DNA of 61,285 bases, the filler included, from Sluysia triapertura (lineage: Eukaryota): the NCBI GenBank assembly GCA_046118255.1. It is 4 parts of 4 records of this genome, joined end to end, with 100 filler letters (N's around TTAATTAATTAA, not from the genome) between each part and the next. Parts side by side here need not be neighbours in the genome. Positions count along the whole stretch, not along the records: positions 27,347 to 41,362 come from JBJNIA010009433.1; positions 41,463 to 61,285 come from JBJNIA010049894.1; 2 more parts are not named here. One strand, given 5' to 3'. A program made the position numbers and the translations under genes. Below the pieces are notes generated by a model, which did not search any database, was not told the origin of the DNA, and saw only the letters and a program-made list of their open reading frames with translations. This document shows positions 39,301 through 51,759 of the stretch, piece by piece (positions within the stretch are counted from its first letter, which is position 1; every line of letters starts with the position of its first letter).

Positions 39301-40780
39301 GCTTGACAGCTAATGCGGAAAAAACTGAAACAATTTGAACATTTGTAACTTTTTAATGCATTATTTGCATTTTTGGAATTTCGTTTTTATATAACACATC
39401 ATTTTTATAAAAATATTTCTAAGCTATTTACCAAACACCATATGTATTTAAAAAAATTAAATTACTATTGTAGATATTATTAATACGATAAACATTGAAA
39501 CTGTACATTAATAAATTAATTGTAAATAATCTTTTCAATGTGTACATTATCAAAATAATAAAGTCTAGAATTCATCAAAATAATCTTTAATTTGTAGTTG
39601 AAAAATAATTATCAAAATAAACTTTGGAAATAATATAATGAAATTTATCTGTAAAAATAATTATCTGCATTTCTAAAATTAATTAAAATAATTATTTTAT
39701 AATTTATCTTTTCTTAATTAAAAAATTATATATTTAACACGTAGTCAAAAATAAAGTATAAATAGCTTACGATTCTAGTAATCTTTCATAATAACATAAT
39801 AGCTAATTTTTAAAAGCTTTGATTCTTATAAATCAATTGGGACTCTTTTGGTTGATCACACGTGCAACTCTGTTGGAATTTCGTGCTTTAATTATATTAT
39901 TCTTTTGGTTCAATTGTTCGATTCTCGTGGAGAATTTGATTAAATTAATTGTGAAATCAATTAGTGTTTTTGTGGTTCAATTATTCAATCCTTGTGGAAA
40001 ATTCGATTAAACTAGTTTGTGGAACGTTATTGGAAAATAATTATTGGAAGCAGCACTCTGTTTTATCCAATTTCAAAAGACAATCGTAAGCTATTTATTA
40101 TAAGTACTTACAGAAATATACTGTATCAAAATCTACGTAAAATCATATTAATTTTTCACACCCAAGTATTCACCTGGGTTAAAATCACATCAAAATCATA
40201 TTTTATAACTTAATTAGGAGAAATCCTAAAATTGATAAATTAATTATTATTTATTATTGAATATTTTTTGATTGTCATATTGAATCTTCTTGTAAATCTA
40301 TTGAATAATTATATTTGAAAAAGAATTCGATTTAATATAATAAAATTTCATAGAATACGTCAAGTATTAAATTTTCTTTGTTTTTGATTTTAGTTAAAGT
40401 TTACTTTGTGATATAATAACTAAATAAAGAAGTTGAATCGACTATAAGAAGTACAATTAAGTAATATTGAAAAATATACATATAAAGACCCTCCATTGTT
40501 AGACAGTAAGGAATCTTTCGCAGTCTTGACATATTATAATCCCATAACTAAGTCTTCCGTGAGATAAAACTTAGATTATAGGCGGACCCATTTTAACGTA
40601 TTTTCATAATTGTCATAAGTTTTTTTAGATAAAATCTGAACAATTCAGATACCATTTTGAGATTAGATTATTATTATTAACTTTTGAAAAAATAATTTAA
40701 ATAATATCTTTGATAAAACATTAAAAACTTACCTCCAGATAGTTAAAGATAAAGCATTTCTTTTAGCATCATCCTATTCT

Positions 40781-40832
40781 CAAATCCAACGGCTGCCCCT
40801 AACCGGTAAGTCCAGTACGTTGGTGAATTCAC
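40781..40832 (+). ncRNA. Dispersed hairpin family, copy C (candidate structured RNA)
   Basis: CAAATCCAACGGCTGCCCCTAACCG|GTAAGTCCAGTACGTTGGTGAATTCAC; stem CCAACG/CGTTGG plus GCTG/CAGT. Confidence 0.45.
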
Positions 40833-41362
40833 AATTTTAATTTAACCTTTATTCTGCTTTTATTACAAATCAAGAGTTGATTAGAGTCTTATTGAGCAAA
40901 TTTAAGAAATAATTTTACTTATATAGTGAATTGTACTATAGAACATGATTCTCTTATTTAAATAAGTAAGCATCTTTAAAATTCAAATGTTACCTGAAAA
41001 CCTGGTGTTAATGAAAAATTTTAGTTTGAGATTATTGAGCTGTGGAATAATAAAGAACAGTGCAAATTTCGTCCAATGAAGAAATATTCGTTGTATTACT
41101 TCATCTGAAAGATTGAGTCGCTAATTTTAAATAATTACTTATCTGTATCAAATTAAATATTGAAAAAAACAGTTTTACAATAATTGTCAAAGATTTTTAG
41201 ACTGAAAAGAAGCAGCTATCCTAAGAATGAAATATTCTTAAGATTGCTTTGGTCGCAATTATTGTCAGATGTTTCCTGCTTTTGATAGAGTAAATCATGA
41301 CATATTATATTACTTTATGATTTCAGAGAATATAACTCTCAATGCAATAAAGTGGTTTAAAT

Positions 41363-41462
41363 NNNNNNNNNNNNNNNNNNNNNNNNNNNNNNNNNNNNNN
41401 NNNNNNTTAATTAATTAANNNNNNNNNNNNNNNNNNNNNNNNNNNNNNNNNNNNNNNNNNNN
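41363..41462. other. Artificial contig-joining linker
   Basis: 44 N + TTAATTAATTAA + 44 N. Confidence 0.95.
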
Positions 41463-41519
41463 TTTATAACGTCTTTTTATTTTCATCAGTTATTTTAATC
41501 TCGAAAATCACAGTAAAAT

Positions 41520-41590
41520 TGAAATGGGACTCTTATTTTCGGACAATTTTTTGCATGAAATGGGACTCTTATTTTCGGACAGAGGGAGTA
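41520..41590. mobile_element. Right end of a Tc1/mariner-type (Stowaway-like) element
   Basis: Ends GGACAGAGGGAG-TA with two copies of a 25-bp subterminal repeat GAAATGGGACTCTTATTTTCGGACA. Confidence 0.65.
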
Positions 41591-41913
41591 ATTTTTATGT
41601 TTAAAGAAAGAAGAATTTTAAGATTTTTTAAGAAATAAGACATTTAAAAAAAGATCATATTATTTACAAAAGACATTAGAAAAGTTATGTATTTTATTTT
41701 GTTTCTGTCATTAGTGTTGTTATTATTATTATTTTATTTTATATATCATGTTATTAGTATTAATATTATTAATTATCATTATTTTTATCATTTCCATCAA
41801 CATTGTCAAACTAGTGCTTTATAATTTGGTCTCCACCATTATTTGTTACTTTATGCCTATAACTAATTGACAGTTGTAAATTACATAAGTCATTTTACCG
41901 TATCAACTGTCAT

Positions 41914-42760
41914 TTGATCACAACTGCTTGCCATAACCACGAACAATATCTCGATCTCATTATGAAAATCCATTTCAATAAGACTCCTGTTATGATTGGA
42001 CGTCCAATCATAATGCGGTGGACAACTAAAGTAGTAGTGCAAGCGGAAAATTGGCATAATGGAAGTTTTGAGTACAGAAATTTTACTCGCTACCATTGGA
42101 CGCCAAATCAACACAGATGTTATAATATGATTTTATAAAACATTAAAAACAAAAAGAAAAACGAAATGTTATTTAGTATACTAAAAATAGCATGGTATTA
42201 CAAGAAATCTGAAGCAAAATTCAATTAAATAATTTTAGAGATTACTGGTACAGAAACTAATCCTCCGGCATTAATTTCCAATATTTCAATTATTTTAAAA
42301 CGAAATGATAATATAATCGCAAGCGTTTCATCAAAAATCATGCCGACTAATAGTTCCAATCTATTGCAAATAATCAATCATCCTATGAGAATTTTACAAT
42401 GCCCTTTTCAATCTATTGACACAGGATTGTGCTTCAAATCAGGTTCAACATGTAGTTATTACCATGCGGTTTATCAAATAAGTCGTATCAAAGCTGATAC
42501 ACCGTTATATGATTATCATTATCAACTCATATAACTACTAATTCAATCATTACGTTCTGGCAATTCAGTTAACATGTCTGCATCCAATGCTACACGTCAT
42601 GATGTTTATTATGAAATACAGTTCCATAATCAATCTGAAGACGAAAACACTAAAGTAATTAACAATTTTCATATACAGATTTTGACTAATCTTGATAATT
42701 TTTATTTCAGGATCCTACAAGCCGATGAATATATGGTTGTGTATACATGTATGCCTTACA
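41914..42760 (+). pseudogene. Multi-exon gene or pseudogene of unknown family
   Basis: One frame runs from ~42240 to ~42655, broken only by TAA at 42532, then a GTAATT...TTTCAG intron; upstream 74-aa ORF. Confidence 0.4.
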
Positions 42761-45700
42761 ATCAATATGACATTAATCTAAATTTTAGAATTTTCATAAA
42801 TAAATGTAATTATATGTTTGTGTTAATTCTTTTTAAAGTTTTAAAATTACAACTCTTTTATAATGTAAGATCCGAATTACCAAAATCAAACAAAAAAATT
42901 AGCATAATTTTTATAGAAGACAAAAGTCTGTATAATAGAAATCTTTATATTTTCTACTCCAACAAACAAAACCTACAGTTATTTTTCTTTTATGTATGTT
43001 TACCGTTACGCATATATTTTTATTGTTCCTCACATCTTATCATTATTATTGTTGTTATTATTTCTACTACTACCAGTTATATTTGTTTTATTATATTGTT
43101 CAACATTGTTTAAAATAAATCACTCACTACAATTTCTGAAACAGAAAAAATTCTATCGTTTTTATAAAACATGTAGATCAATCTCTTATCATCATATCCT
43201 CTGAAACTTAATCTTCCATCTAAATAATTAAATGCTTGTAGAATTTGAACAGAATATTTTAGTTACACTTTTAATAATGAATTAATTTTTTATTATATCC
43301 AATAAATATCTAAGACTGTCATGCTTTTGAATTGCTTTTATTATTATTGTTATTGAATACTTGTATAAATAAATATAAATAAGTTAATCAGAAATAATAA
43401 TAAATAATCAATATTACTTTAATTGTATTTATGTTCCATAATTCATTTGCTTTATCTACAATGGTTTCAAGAGTTCTATATGATAAAATCCAGATTAGTT
43501 ATACTAGAATGCCTGTAAAACTTGTTATAAGACCATTTTCAAAATATAAATTGTGTAAACAATATCCTGGGATGCGATATATACGATTAGAACAGACCTG
43601 GCTTCCTTCAAATAAAATTAGATTTAGTTTTATATGGTGAAATGCTTCGTTCAATGAGATTATCATTGTCTAAACCACTTTTAGTTATAACTTTTAATTA
43701 TGGCAAAAAAGAAATTAAAAGTTATGTAATATTTAACAGTAACATACAAATGCAATAGCATTTTTGTGGATAAAGAATTGTATACAAAGTCAATCGTATT
43801 ATTGATACCAGTTGGCATTTATTATTTAATAATTTATAAATCGTATTCACTCTATTTGTCAAAGAATTATACTGACTTTCAAACAAATATTTTTAGAAAT
43901 ATGTCATGTTTTTTACACTGCATTGTTAATACAATATTGTACTTCAAAAAAATTATTTAAATGAAACATCAATTTCAGGAAGAACTAGTGCTTATATATC
44001 AATTAATTATGATCAAAATCACATTAAAAATACATCATGCCTAAAAAAATCAACTGCTAAATTACGCCTCAAAAAAGATCGTTTCGAATCGTACTAAAAA
44101 TTAAATCTAATAAATTATCAAAGCATATGAATGAAACCAAAGATGCATCTGAGAATATTTTAAATTTAACGAATACTAATAAAGGTAAATTAAAATATAT
44201 TAAACAAAACAATTTTGTTAATAAATCTTTATTGAGTCCTAGTCAAATTTTAGGTATAAAATTTAGTCGTTACATTATTGACATTAATTCGAAAGTTATA
44301 AATTAATTATAAAAGTTATAAAGTTGTATTATCAAGGTGAAGAGATACCAATATTATATGATAAAGAAAAAAACATTTTAGAAAAATTTTCAAGAAAATT
44401 GAAATTGTTCTGTTCCAAAACTAGTTGTAGTATTAACGAAAAATTATGTAAAATTTCTTATAAAAGGTGTGTTTCGTCAAAACTCAAACAAGTGTTCGTA
44501 GACACGTGTTAAACAAATTGATAAATATTTGAATAATAATTATCTACTTTTATGAGATTATAGTGACGATAAATGTTCTAATACGATGGAAGATCGTTTA
44601 GCTAATTCATGTATGTATATATTTTATTCGTTGATTCTCGTTATTTTATAAAATTGTCCGTTGCTTTAGTTATTTTATTCGGATTAAATTTTGTAATTTT
44701 TGTTAAAGGCATTGTTAAGTTTTATTACGAGTTAATAAACGTTCTTAAAATTACTTTTAATTTAATTAATTAATCTTGATGAAATTATTGTAGATACATA
44801 ATAAATGAGACAAATAATTTTGTAACTCCCCACAATAATAATGATAATAATCTAAATTAAATTCTTAAAATTAGGTCATTCAGGCCCTAAAAGTAAATGA
44901 AAAATTTATCATATAATAATCAATATAAGAGAATATTAAAAAAATTAGTGTTAAAATAAAAGTCAAAATAATTTTGGATCATAAAGATAGTTGCCATTAA
45001 GGTTCTTTGTTTTAATTTTCGATATATAAAGAAAATGGAACCAAGTAGAACGTCTACTACATGTTCCAACATAATTTCGAATATATTACTGCAAAACACA
45101 ATGCTGAGTCCATTTCAGACAAAATAAATTCAAAAGACCTATCTCCAGATTATTTACGGAAGTCGTCTGGTATTACTTAGTATCTCATTCTCAAGTCGGT
45201 ACACTTGATCGAATTCTGCAAAAAGCTCACAACAAATATGGAAAAACCTAAAGAATCATACTAACAGCGAAATCTAAGATCAAATCACAAAAACTAATGA
45301 TTTTCTAAAACTTATTTCTATGGATCAGTAACCAATATTACATTTTGAAAACCGAGGCTGTATGTAATATTCATTCTGTTTATCGAAAAATATTGCATTA
45401 TGGATTATCCAGATTCCGATAAATTAAACACTTAGATTACTATAAGAAGCGCTTATCTTATATTAAGCTGATATTTCACGTAAATTATGATGAAGATTAT
45501 ACATATATGTTTATAGGTTGTGAATCGTTCGCAAAGATATTATCCAGGTTTGGCGATTCAAAACCCGCAGGCATTATTCCTATCACAATAAAAAAATTAA
45601 TAAATTCGCACATAATTATACACCATCTCATCATCCTTCATCTTATTACTACTTTTACTACTACTCCTACTATCACTACTTAATAATATTTTTATTTTAT

Positions 45701-45767
45701 TATTATTCAATTTTATTTTATCATGATTATTATCCTTATTACCACTATTATTTTTTATTATTATTAA

Positions 45768-45979
45768 CCACTTAACGCATGGTTTTTTTCGACAAGACCG
45801 TCAAAAATGATGACTTTTTTAGCATAGATTGATAAAAAAACAACAAAAATAAGAAGGAAAAATGCGTTTTAGGTTGAAAAAAGCGAAATTTGATATAAAT
45901 TGAGTAAAAATCTTACTTTTTATATGTTATTTAAGTTAAGATTCATTCCCGAGTTAACTCGGGCTTATACGTTAAGTGG
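45768..45979. mobile_element. piggyBac-type MITE
   Basis: TTAA TSDs (45764-45767, 45980-45983); TIR CCACTTAACG.AT / AT.CGTTAAGTGG; subterminal palindrome CCCGAGTTAACTCGGG. Confidence 0.85.
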
Positions 45980-46014
45980 TTAATTAAAACTTTTTATTAA
46001 AAAAATCAATTATT

Positions 46015-46785
46015 ATGAAGTTGATATTACTTATATTAATTATATTTTTGAATCAAGAATTTAATAATGATGTAAGCGTTAAAAAGTTATTTGGTGAATT
46101 GAAAACAAGCCTGAAAGAAGAAATAAAAGCAGTGTGTGTTCAAGATATATATTCAGTTCAGTTAGATTGTTCATCAACAGTAGCTGGTCAACTTTTACTT
46201 ACCTCTGGAATATTTGATGATCCTCTGATAAGACGTATCGAAATTGATACACCAATAATCAAAGTATTTAGTTGTAATGTTTATTTGACTGATTATAATT
46301 TACTAAACTATTCGACAAAAGTAACAATTAAATTAACCGTTAATAATTCTAATAAAACTGTGGATTTGGAATTACAAATATATTTGGAAGATTCATATCC
46401 ACTGAAAGCACCAATTGTTGTTTGTAAGTCTACAAGTGATGCTACTATTGAGAAAAATTTAGATTATAGAAATGAATTTGGAAAAATGGACACTCCAGCT
46501 TTATCAGAATGGAATTCGTTTACAGGAAATGTAGTATTAGTATTAAAAGAAATTGAGCAGTTGTTAACAAAAGAGTTTCTATTTAAGTTTGAAACTTCAC
46601 AATCTACGCAACAAAATGTTACTTTGTCAGCAAAGCTACCAATCAATATTGAAGCTGCACGAACTGCTGATCAAAATGTTATATATGGATCACATGGACC
46701 GATAGTTTCAATAATATTAGTAATGCTAATTCAAATAATTAAATCATCAAAACCTGATTTAATATTTACTTTTACCATGGTTTGA
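46015..46785 (+). CDS. UEV (TSG101-like ubiquitin E2 variant) domain ORF, running into CDS-derived sequence
   Basis: TIKL...LQIYLEDSYPLKAPIVVCKST...FGKMDTPALSEW...VVLVLKEI matches the UEV fold signature; no catalytic Cys. The true start is uncertain. Confidence 0.7.
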   Translation: MKLILLILIIFLNQEFNNDVSVKKLFGELKTSLKEEIKAVCVQDIYSVQLDCSSTVAGQLLLTSGIFDDPLIRRIEIDTPIIKVFSCNVYLTDYNLLNYSTKVTIKLTVNNSNKTVDLELQIYLEDSYPLKAPIVVCKSTSDATIEKNLDYRNEFGKMDTPALSEWNSFTGNVVLVLKEIEQLLTKEFLFKFETSQSTQQNVTLSAKLPINIEAARTADQNVIYGSHGPIVSIILVMLIQIIKSSKPDLIFTFTMV

Positions 46786-47493
46786 AATTATTTCGTTCTT
46801 TGTCTTGTTTTTTTGTTCACATCAAATTATTTCTTGTTCGGAGAAAGTCTCATTGGTCATTTTCGAATTTTATTGGCTAAAGAAGATTTACTGCAGTATT
46901 TTGTTACTCATCATCGTTTAATTTCGTTTAGTTTTTGTTTAATTGGTTTTGTGATCTTAGTTTTGATATTGACTAAAAAACATTATTTTAAGCAATTTGT
47001 ATTGCTTGGGTGGACTCATTTGTTGCTATTGATAATTGTTACGAGCAGTGATTTCTTAATAAACAATATTTTCTTGGGCATTATTTGGTTTCTACTACCG
47101 ATTCTGTTGATATGTTTCAATGATATCATGGGTTGCATTTTTGGAAACGCCTTTGGTCGGATTCCACTAATCAAGTTATCTCCAAAAAAGACAGGAGAAG
47201 GTTTCATTGATGCTGCTACATCAACAGTGATATTTTTCATCATTTTGCTGCTGACTTTTATTCGTTTCAATTACTTTGTGTGTCCCTTAGAATACAACGA
47301 TATCCAGAGCACTCTGTTTATGGAGTGTGTGCGAAATTCTGTGTTTAGAGAGTATACATTAGAACTACCAAGTATTTTGAAAAGACTTGCTCATTACTCA
47401 TATCATCTATTATTCGTTTTTTAACATAGTATTGCACTGTCAATATTCGTATCACTAGTGGCTCCATTCTTTAGATTCTTTGCTTATAGTGAT
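46690..47493 (+). pseudogene. CDS: Phosphatidate cytidylyltransferase (CDP-DAG synthase, CDS1/2-type), disrupted
   Basis: GPIVSIILVMLIQI, LPWF (shifted frame), HRLISF, GWTH, NDIM..IFG..FGRIPLIKLSPKKTGEGFI, FVCPLEY, then TAA at 47422 before HSIALSIFVSLVAPF. Frameshifts, a premature stop and KTWEG>KTGEG. Confidence 0.88.
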
Positions 47494-47779
47494 GTGAGTA
47501 CTGTTATATATTATTTTGCTATTTTATTGTATAAATAAAGTCTCAAAATTTGTCATTTTGTTAAACTTTTGTTACTTTTTAAAAATATTATGCCTAGTTC
47601 GTTGACAAAAAACTTTGTATTTCACTAATTGTTTTTAAATTATAGTTCGATGGTTTTTTGTTAATTAAATTCTTAAATTTTTTTAATACATATTCGAAAA
47701 TAAATAAAATTAAACATAATTTATTAAAATTGAATAGAACTAATTATAATTTATTAGAATTAAATTACTTGATGCCCTC

Positions 47780-49740
47780 CACATCTGCCAACTTATTAAA
47801 CCATCTGTTTAAACAACCTACCTCATCCTATGGTTATACAAGTAAGTCACTGGCTTATGATCAGTATATAAGTATACTTTTGGCCTAATAAATGATGTCT
47901 TAATAATTTACAAACATATACTATGGATAGAGATTCTCTTTCTATTGTTGAATAATTCATCTCTGCCTTATTTAATCTTCTACTGGCATATGCTATTACT
48001 CATTCCAAGTTATCTTTGTTTTTCTGTCCCAATATTGCTCCTGTTGCAAAATTATTAGCATCCGTTGCTAATAATGGTTTGTTTATATCCGGAAACATTA
48101 AAATTGGAGATCTTGTTAACTTTTCTTTTAATTGTTTGAATGCCTTAGTTTGTTCTTCAGTCAATTTAAATGTTACATTTTTTGTGAGCATTCATAATGG
48201 TCTATCAATTTTTGCAAAATCTTTACAAATCTCTTATAGTAATTTGCCAGTCCTAAAAACTTTGTAATTTTTTAATATTATTCGGTTGTGGAAATTTTGC
48301 AACCTTTACTATATTTCATGGATTTGGTTTTATGCCTTCGTTTGAAACTATATGTCCCAAAAATTCTACTTGTTCTTCTGCCCAAACACATTTTGTTGGT
48401 ATTATTTTTAATCTTGCTACTTCTAATCGTTTTAAAGTATTGTCAATGTCTACTGCATGTGTTAAAATCTTTTGAAAATATTATTATATGATTTTATTAT
48501 TATGATTATTACATTATTATTATTACATTTTTATTATTGTGATTATTACATTATTATTATTATTACATTTGTACAACCTGATAGAACAAAGTTCATGCAT
48601 CTTTGGAATGTTGCTGGTGCGCCGGTTTCCCCAAATTGCATTTTCTCACATTCATATAATTTATCTACATATGAAAAAGTTGTTTTAGGTTTACCTTTTT
48701 CTGCTATTTCAATTTGCCAATAACCACTTTGTAGATCTAGAGTAGTAGCGTTTCCTAATTTATCCAACAATACATTTTTCCTCCTAATCTTATTCACTTT
48801 CCTGAAATCGATGAAAAATCTCATAGTTCCATCTTTTTTCTTAATCCTGAAAATCGTGAAAATCCTAGTCGAATAACTCCTGCCTTTTTCATTGTTTCAA
48901 TTTGATCCTTCATTTCTTGTAGATTGCACATAGGTATACCATATGGTTTCTTTCTAATGACTTTATCTTCTAGTAATGGAATTTCATGTTTTATTATTAC
49001 CGAATCAGCTATATCATATTTATTTTTGGCTGTCGATAAATAACTGTTAATAATAGTGATTTTTGGTTTGTTTGTTAATTTTTTATTTTAATTTCTATCT
49101 CTTCATAATCTTCTTCATCGTCTGTATCTATTATTCTTTGTAATTTGATATTTTTATGCTTTGGTTTATTATTATTTCATATTTATTTATTTTCTTCTGT
49201 ATAATTTATTATTCTTATTGGAATATTTCCATCGCAGATTGTACAGAGAGAATCTGCTTTTCCAATATTCAACTTTTCCAATATTCAATATTCTTTGAAG
49301 CAATAAACATTTTTGGGCCGTTCCTGAGACTGTTTGTTTTACCCGGTATAATATATTCGATTCGACTTAATATTCTATGAGGTTCTTCTAATATATCATC
49401 GTCGTCATCGTCAATGAGTATAACTATCCATTAATTTTACTTTATTAAAGTCTAACGATAATCCTTTTAATTAAGATAACACATCCATTCCTAATATCAT
49501 ATCTTCAGGACATTTTCTCATTACTCTACATTTAATTTCAATTTTATTTTCCAAATTTCACATAATACTTTTAATACTCCAAGAATTTCAATTTCATCTT
49601 CAGTTACTCTTGTTAAATACGAATGTTTTTTAGACAGATTATGAAGTTCTTTTGTAGTTAATTTTGATTTGCTTATTAAGAAGGCAACTGCTCCAGTATC
49701 TATTAATGCTGACAACATTCTTCCATTCTACCATTAGTCT
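47780..49740 (-). mobile_element. Ty3/Gypsy pol remnant (protease-RT-RNase H)
   Basis: ALIDTGA; RFFIDFRKVNK, LDLQSGYWQI, MQFG..GAPATFQRCM; TDANNFATGAILGQ, IAYASRRLNKAEMNYSTIERE; many lesions. Confidence 0.95.
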
Positions 49741-51759
49741 TCTTGCATTATTATTAATAAAAACTTAGTAGGGTTATATTTTATAATATCCTCACTTTTT
49801 TATAATGTTATTATTTTATTTTAATATACATTTATATTGCCAGTCCTCACCCTGGGCACCCGTTTACATTATGTGAGAATTTTGCTTTGAAATATATTTT
49901 ATATCAATATATATTAAGTGAGTCGTCTATGCATTCAAGGCTTAGCGTATAGATATCAGCGTCGAAAGTAAGAAATATGGAAAATTTGAGGTAAAGTATT
50001 GTTTCTGTTTTTTCGTTCTTTGTCCGATTTTTAAAAATAGATTCGAATGTGATCTAAAAGGATCTTTTTAAAAGTATATTCCTTTAATAAATATTCTTAA
50101 TATATTTTAATTTATTAATGCATGAAAAGTACCTTATATGTCAAAAATTTTTCAATACTTTCATTTTAGGAATATATCAAAAGAAATAAAACATTCAATT
50201 AATAATACAAATTAAATAAATAAAAGACAGTCTTAATAAAATACCTAATTATTAAATTATAAACAAATGTCTCGGATAGTAGTTTATATTAACAAAAGAT
50301 TATAAATAAAACAATAACAGTTTATTAATATTATTATATTAATAATATTTATTAATTTTTTAATTTAAATCAGCAGTATAAACTTTTGCAAAATTAAGAT
50401 TCAACTTTAATTAAAATTTTGTAAAATATTACAAATTAAGAATTTAAATTAACCAACGATTAAATTACTTTTTCTTTAAATTAATTATCTTCTTAACACA
50501 ATTCATTCTCCCTGAAAAAATTCGATCTTCCTGGGTGTCGTAAAATATATGAAATTTTTTTTAAAATTCTATTGCAAAAACTCTTTTACAAAAAATTCTT
50601 AATGAAAATATTTTTAAAAACAATGCAATATATACTATTCCAATTAGCATACACATAATATATTTGATTGGATAATCGTTTTCTTAATAATTATTAGTTT
50701 TTTAATAATTATAATAATAGTTTTAATAATATTAAAACAATAATAATTTCAATTTAATAATAATAATATTAATAAATAGTTTCAATTTAACTATTTTAAT
50801 TTATTATAGTTTTAAAAATAAAGATTTAAATTTAATTTATTATAGTTTTTTTAAATAAAAATTAATAAATATTACACACAATACAAACACTGACAATATA
50901 AACCATTGCATTATTTGAATAATAACACATAACTTTTAAATTATATAATCATTTCCTAGACCCTAAAAAGGCTAGCTTAATTTCTAAAATATTTTTACTG
51001 TTTGCTAGCTCAATCTCTTTATTATTCGCTAAACCACATTGAGATTTAAGTATAAATTCTTAATTGAGTTACTACAAAATTTTAGTTGAACAGCTACGTA
51101 ACTAATTTAGAAAAATCCTAATAGGACGCCATCTTCGCAGGTATAAGTCGTGCTTATTAGGCGAACTGACTTCTAGATATTTTTCTAGGCTAATATTAAG
51201 TGAAAGTATTATTTAGTTTTTTAGATAGTAAATTTTCGGAAAAAAGACCATTTCACACTTATATGCATATTGCATTGTAAGGTGTTAGGTTATTAATATA
51301 ATTAATGTATTTCTTTTTACATCAATTTATAAACATTTATATATTACATATTAATTTATACAAAATTTATATTGTGGAATCGTTAAATTTATTTAACAGT
51401 AAACAAAACATTTCTTGCAAAATTATTTGTAAAGGAAATTCTTAACAAGTTATTGAAAGACAATAAAAAATTTAAAATAATTATTTAAAAATTGTAATTA
51501 AACGTGAAGATCTATATCATACAAAACCTATTAAATGGTTCTATCTATTTCGAGTTACACACAATGTTGAGGGTGTGATGGCCACATCTTTTATAAATGA
51601 AAAATTCGTACTAAAATATTTTGAATTATAAAAGAATTATGCGAGTTAATTAAAAATAATTTACAAAAGTGGGACTTATGATCCATTCTTATTACCTGAA
51701 ATTTCAAATGAAAAGTAGGCTTAGGCCTGAAATGATTTTCCTATTTAAATAAACAACAA

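Noticed and set aside
40790-40812. U1 snRNA (minus-strand ACTTACC-GG..AGGGG) or telomerase template (CCCTAACC)
   Set aside because: No downstream U1 stem-loops or Sm site; the match is too short and multi-copy for a telomerase RNA.
46783-46785. Selenocysteine or readthrough TGA linking UEV and CDS
   Set aside because: The TGA lies in a locally frameshifted segment (LPWF is in another frame), a second stop follows, and I saw no SECIS.
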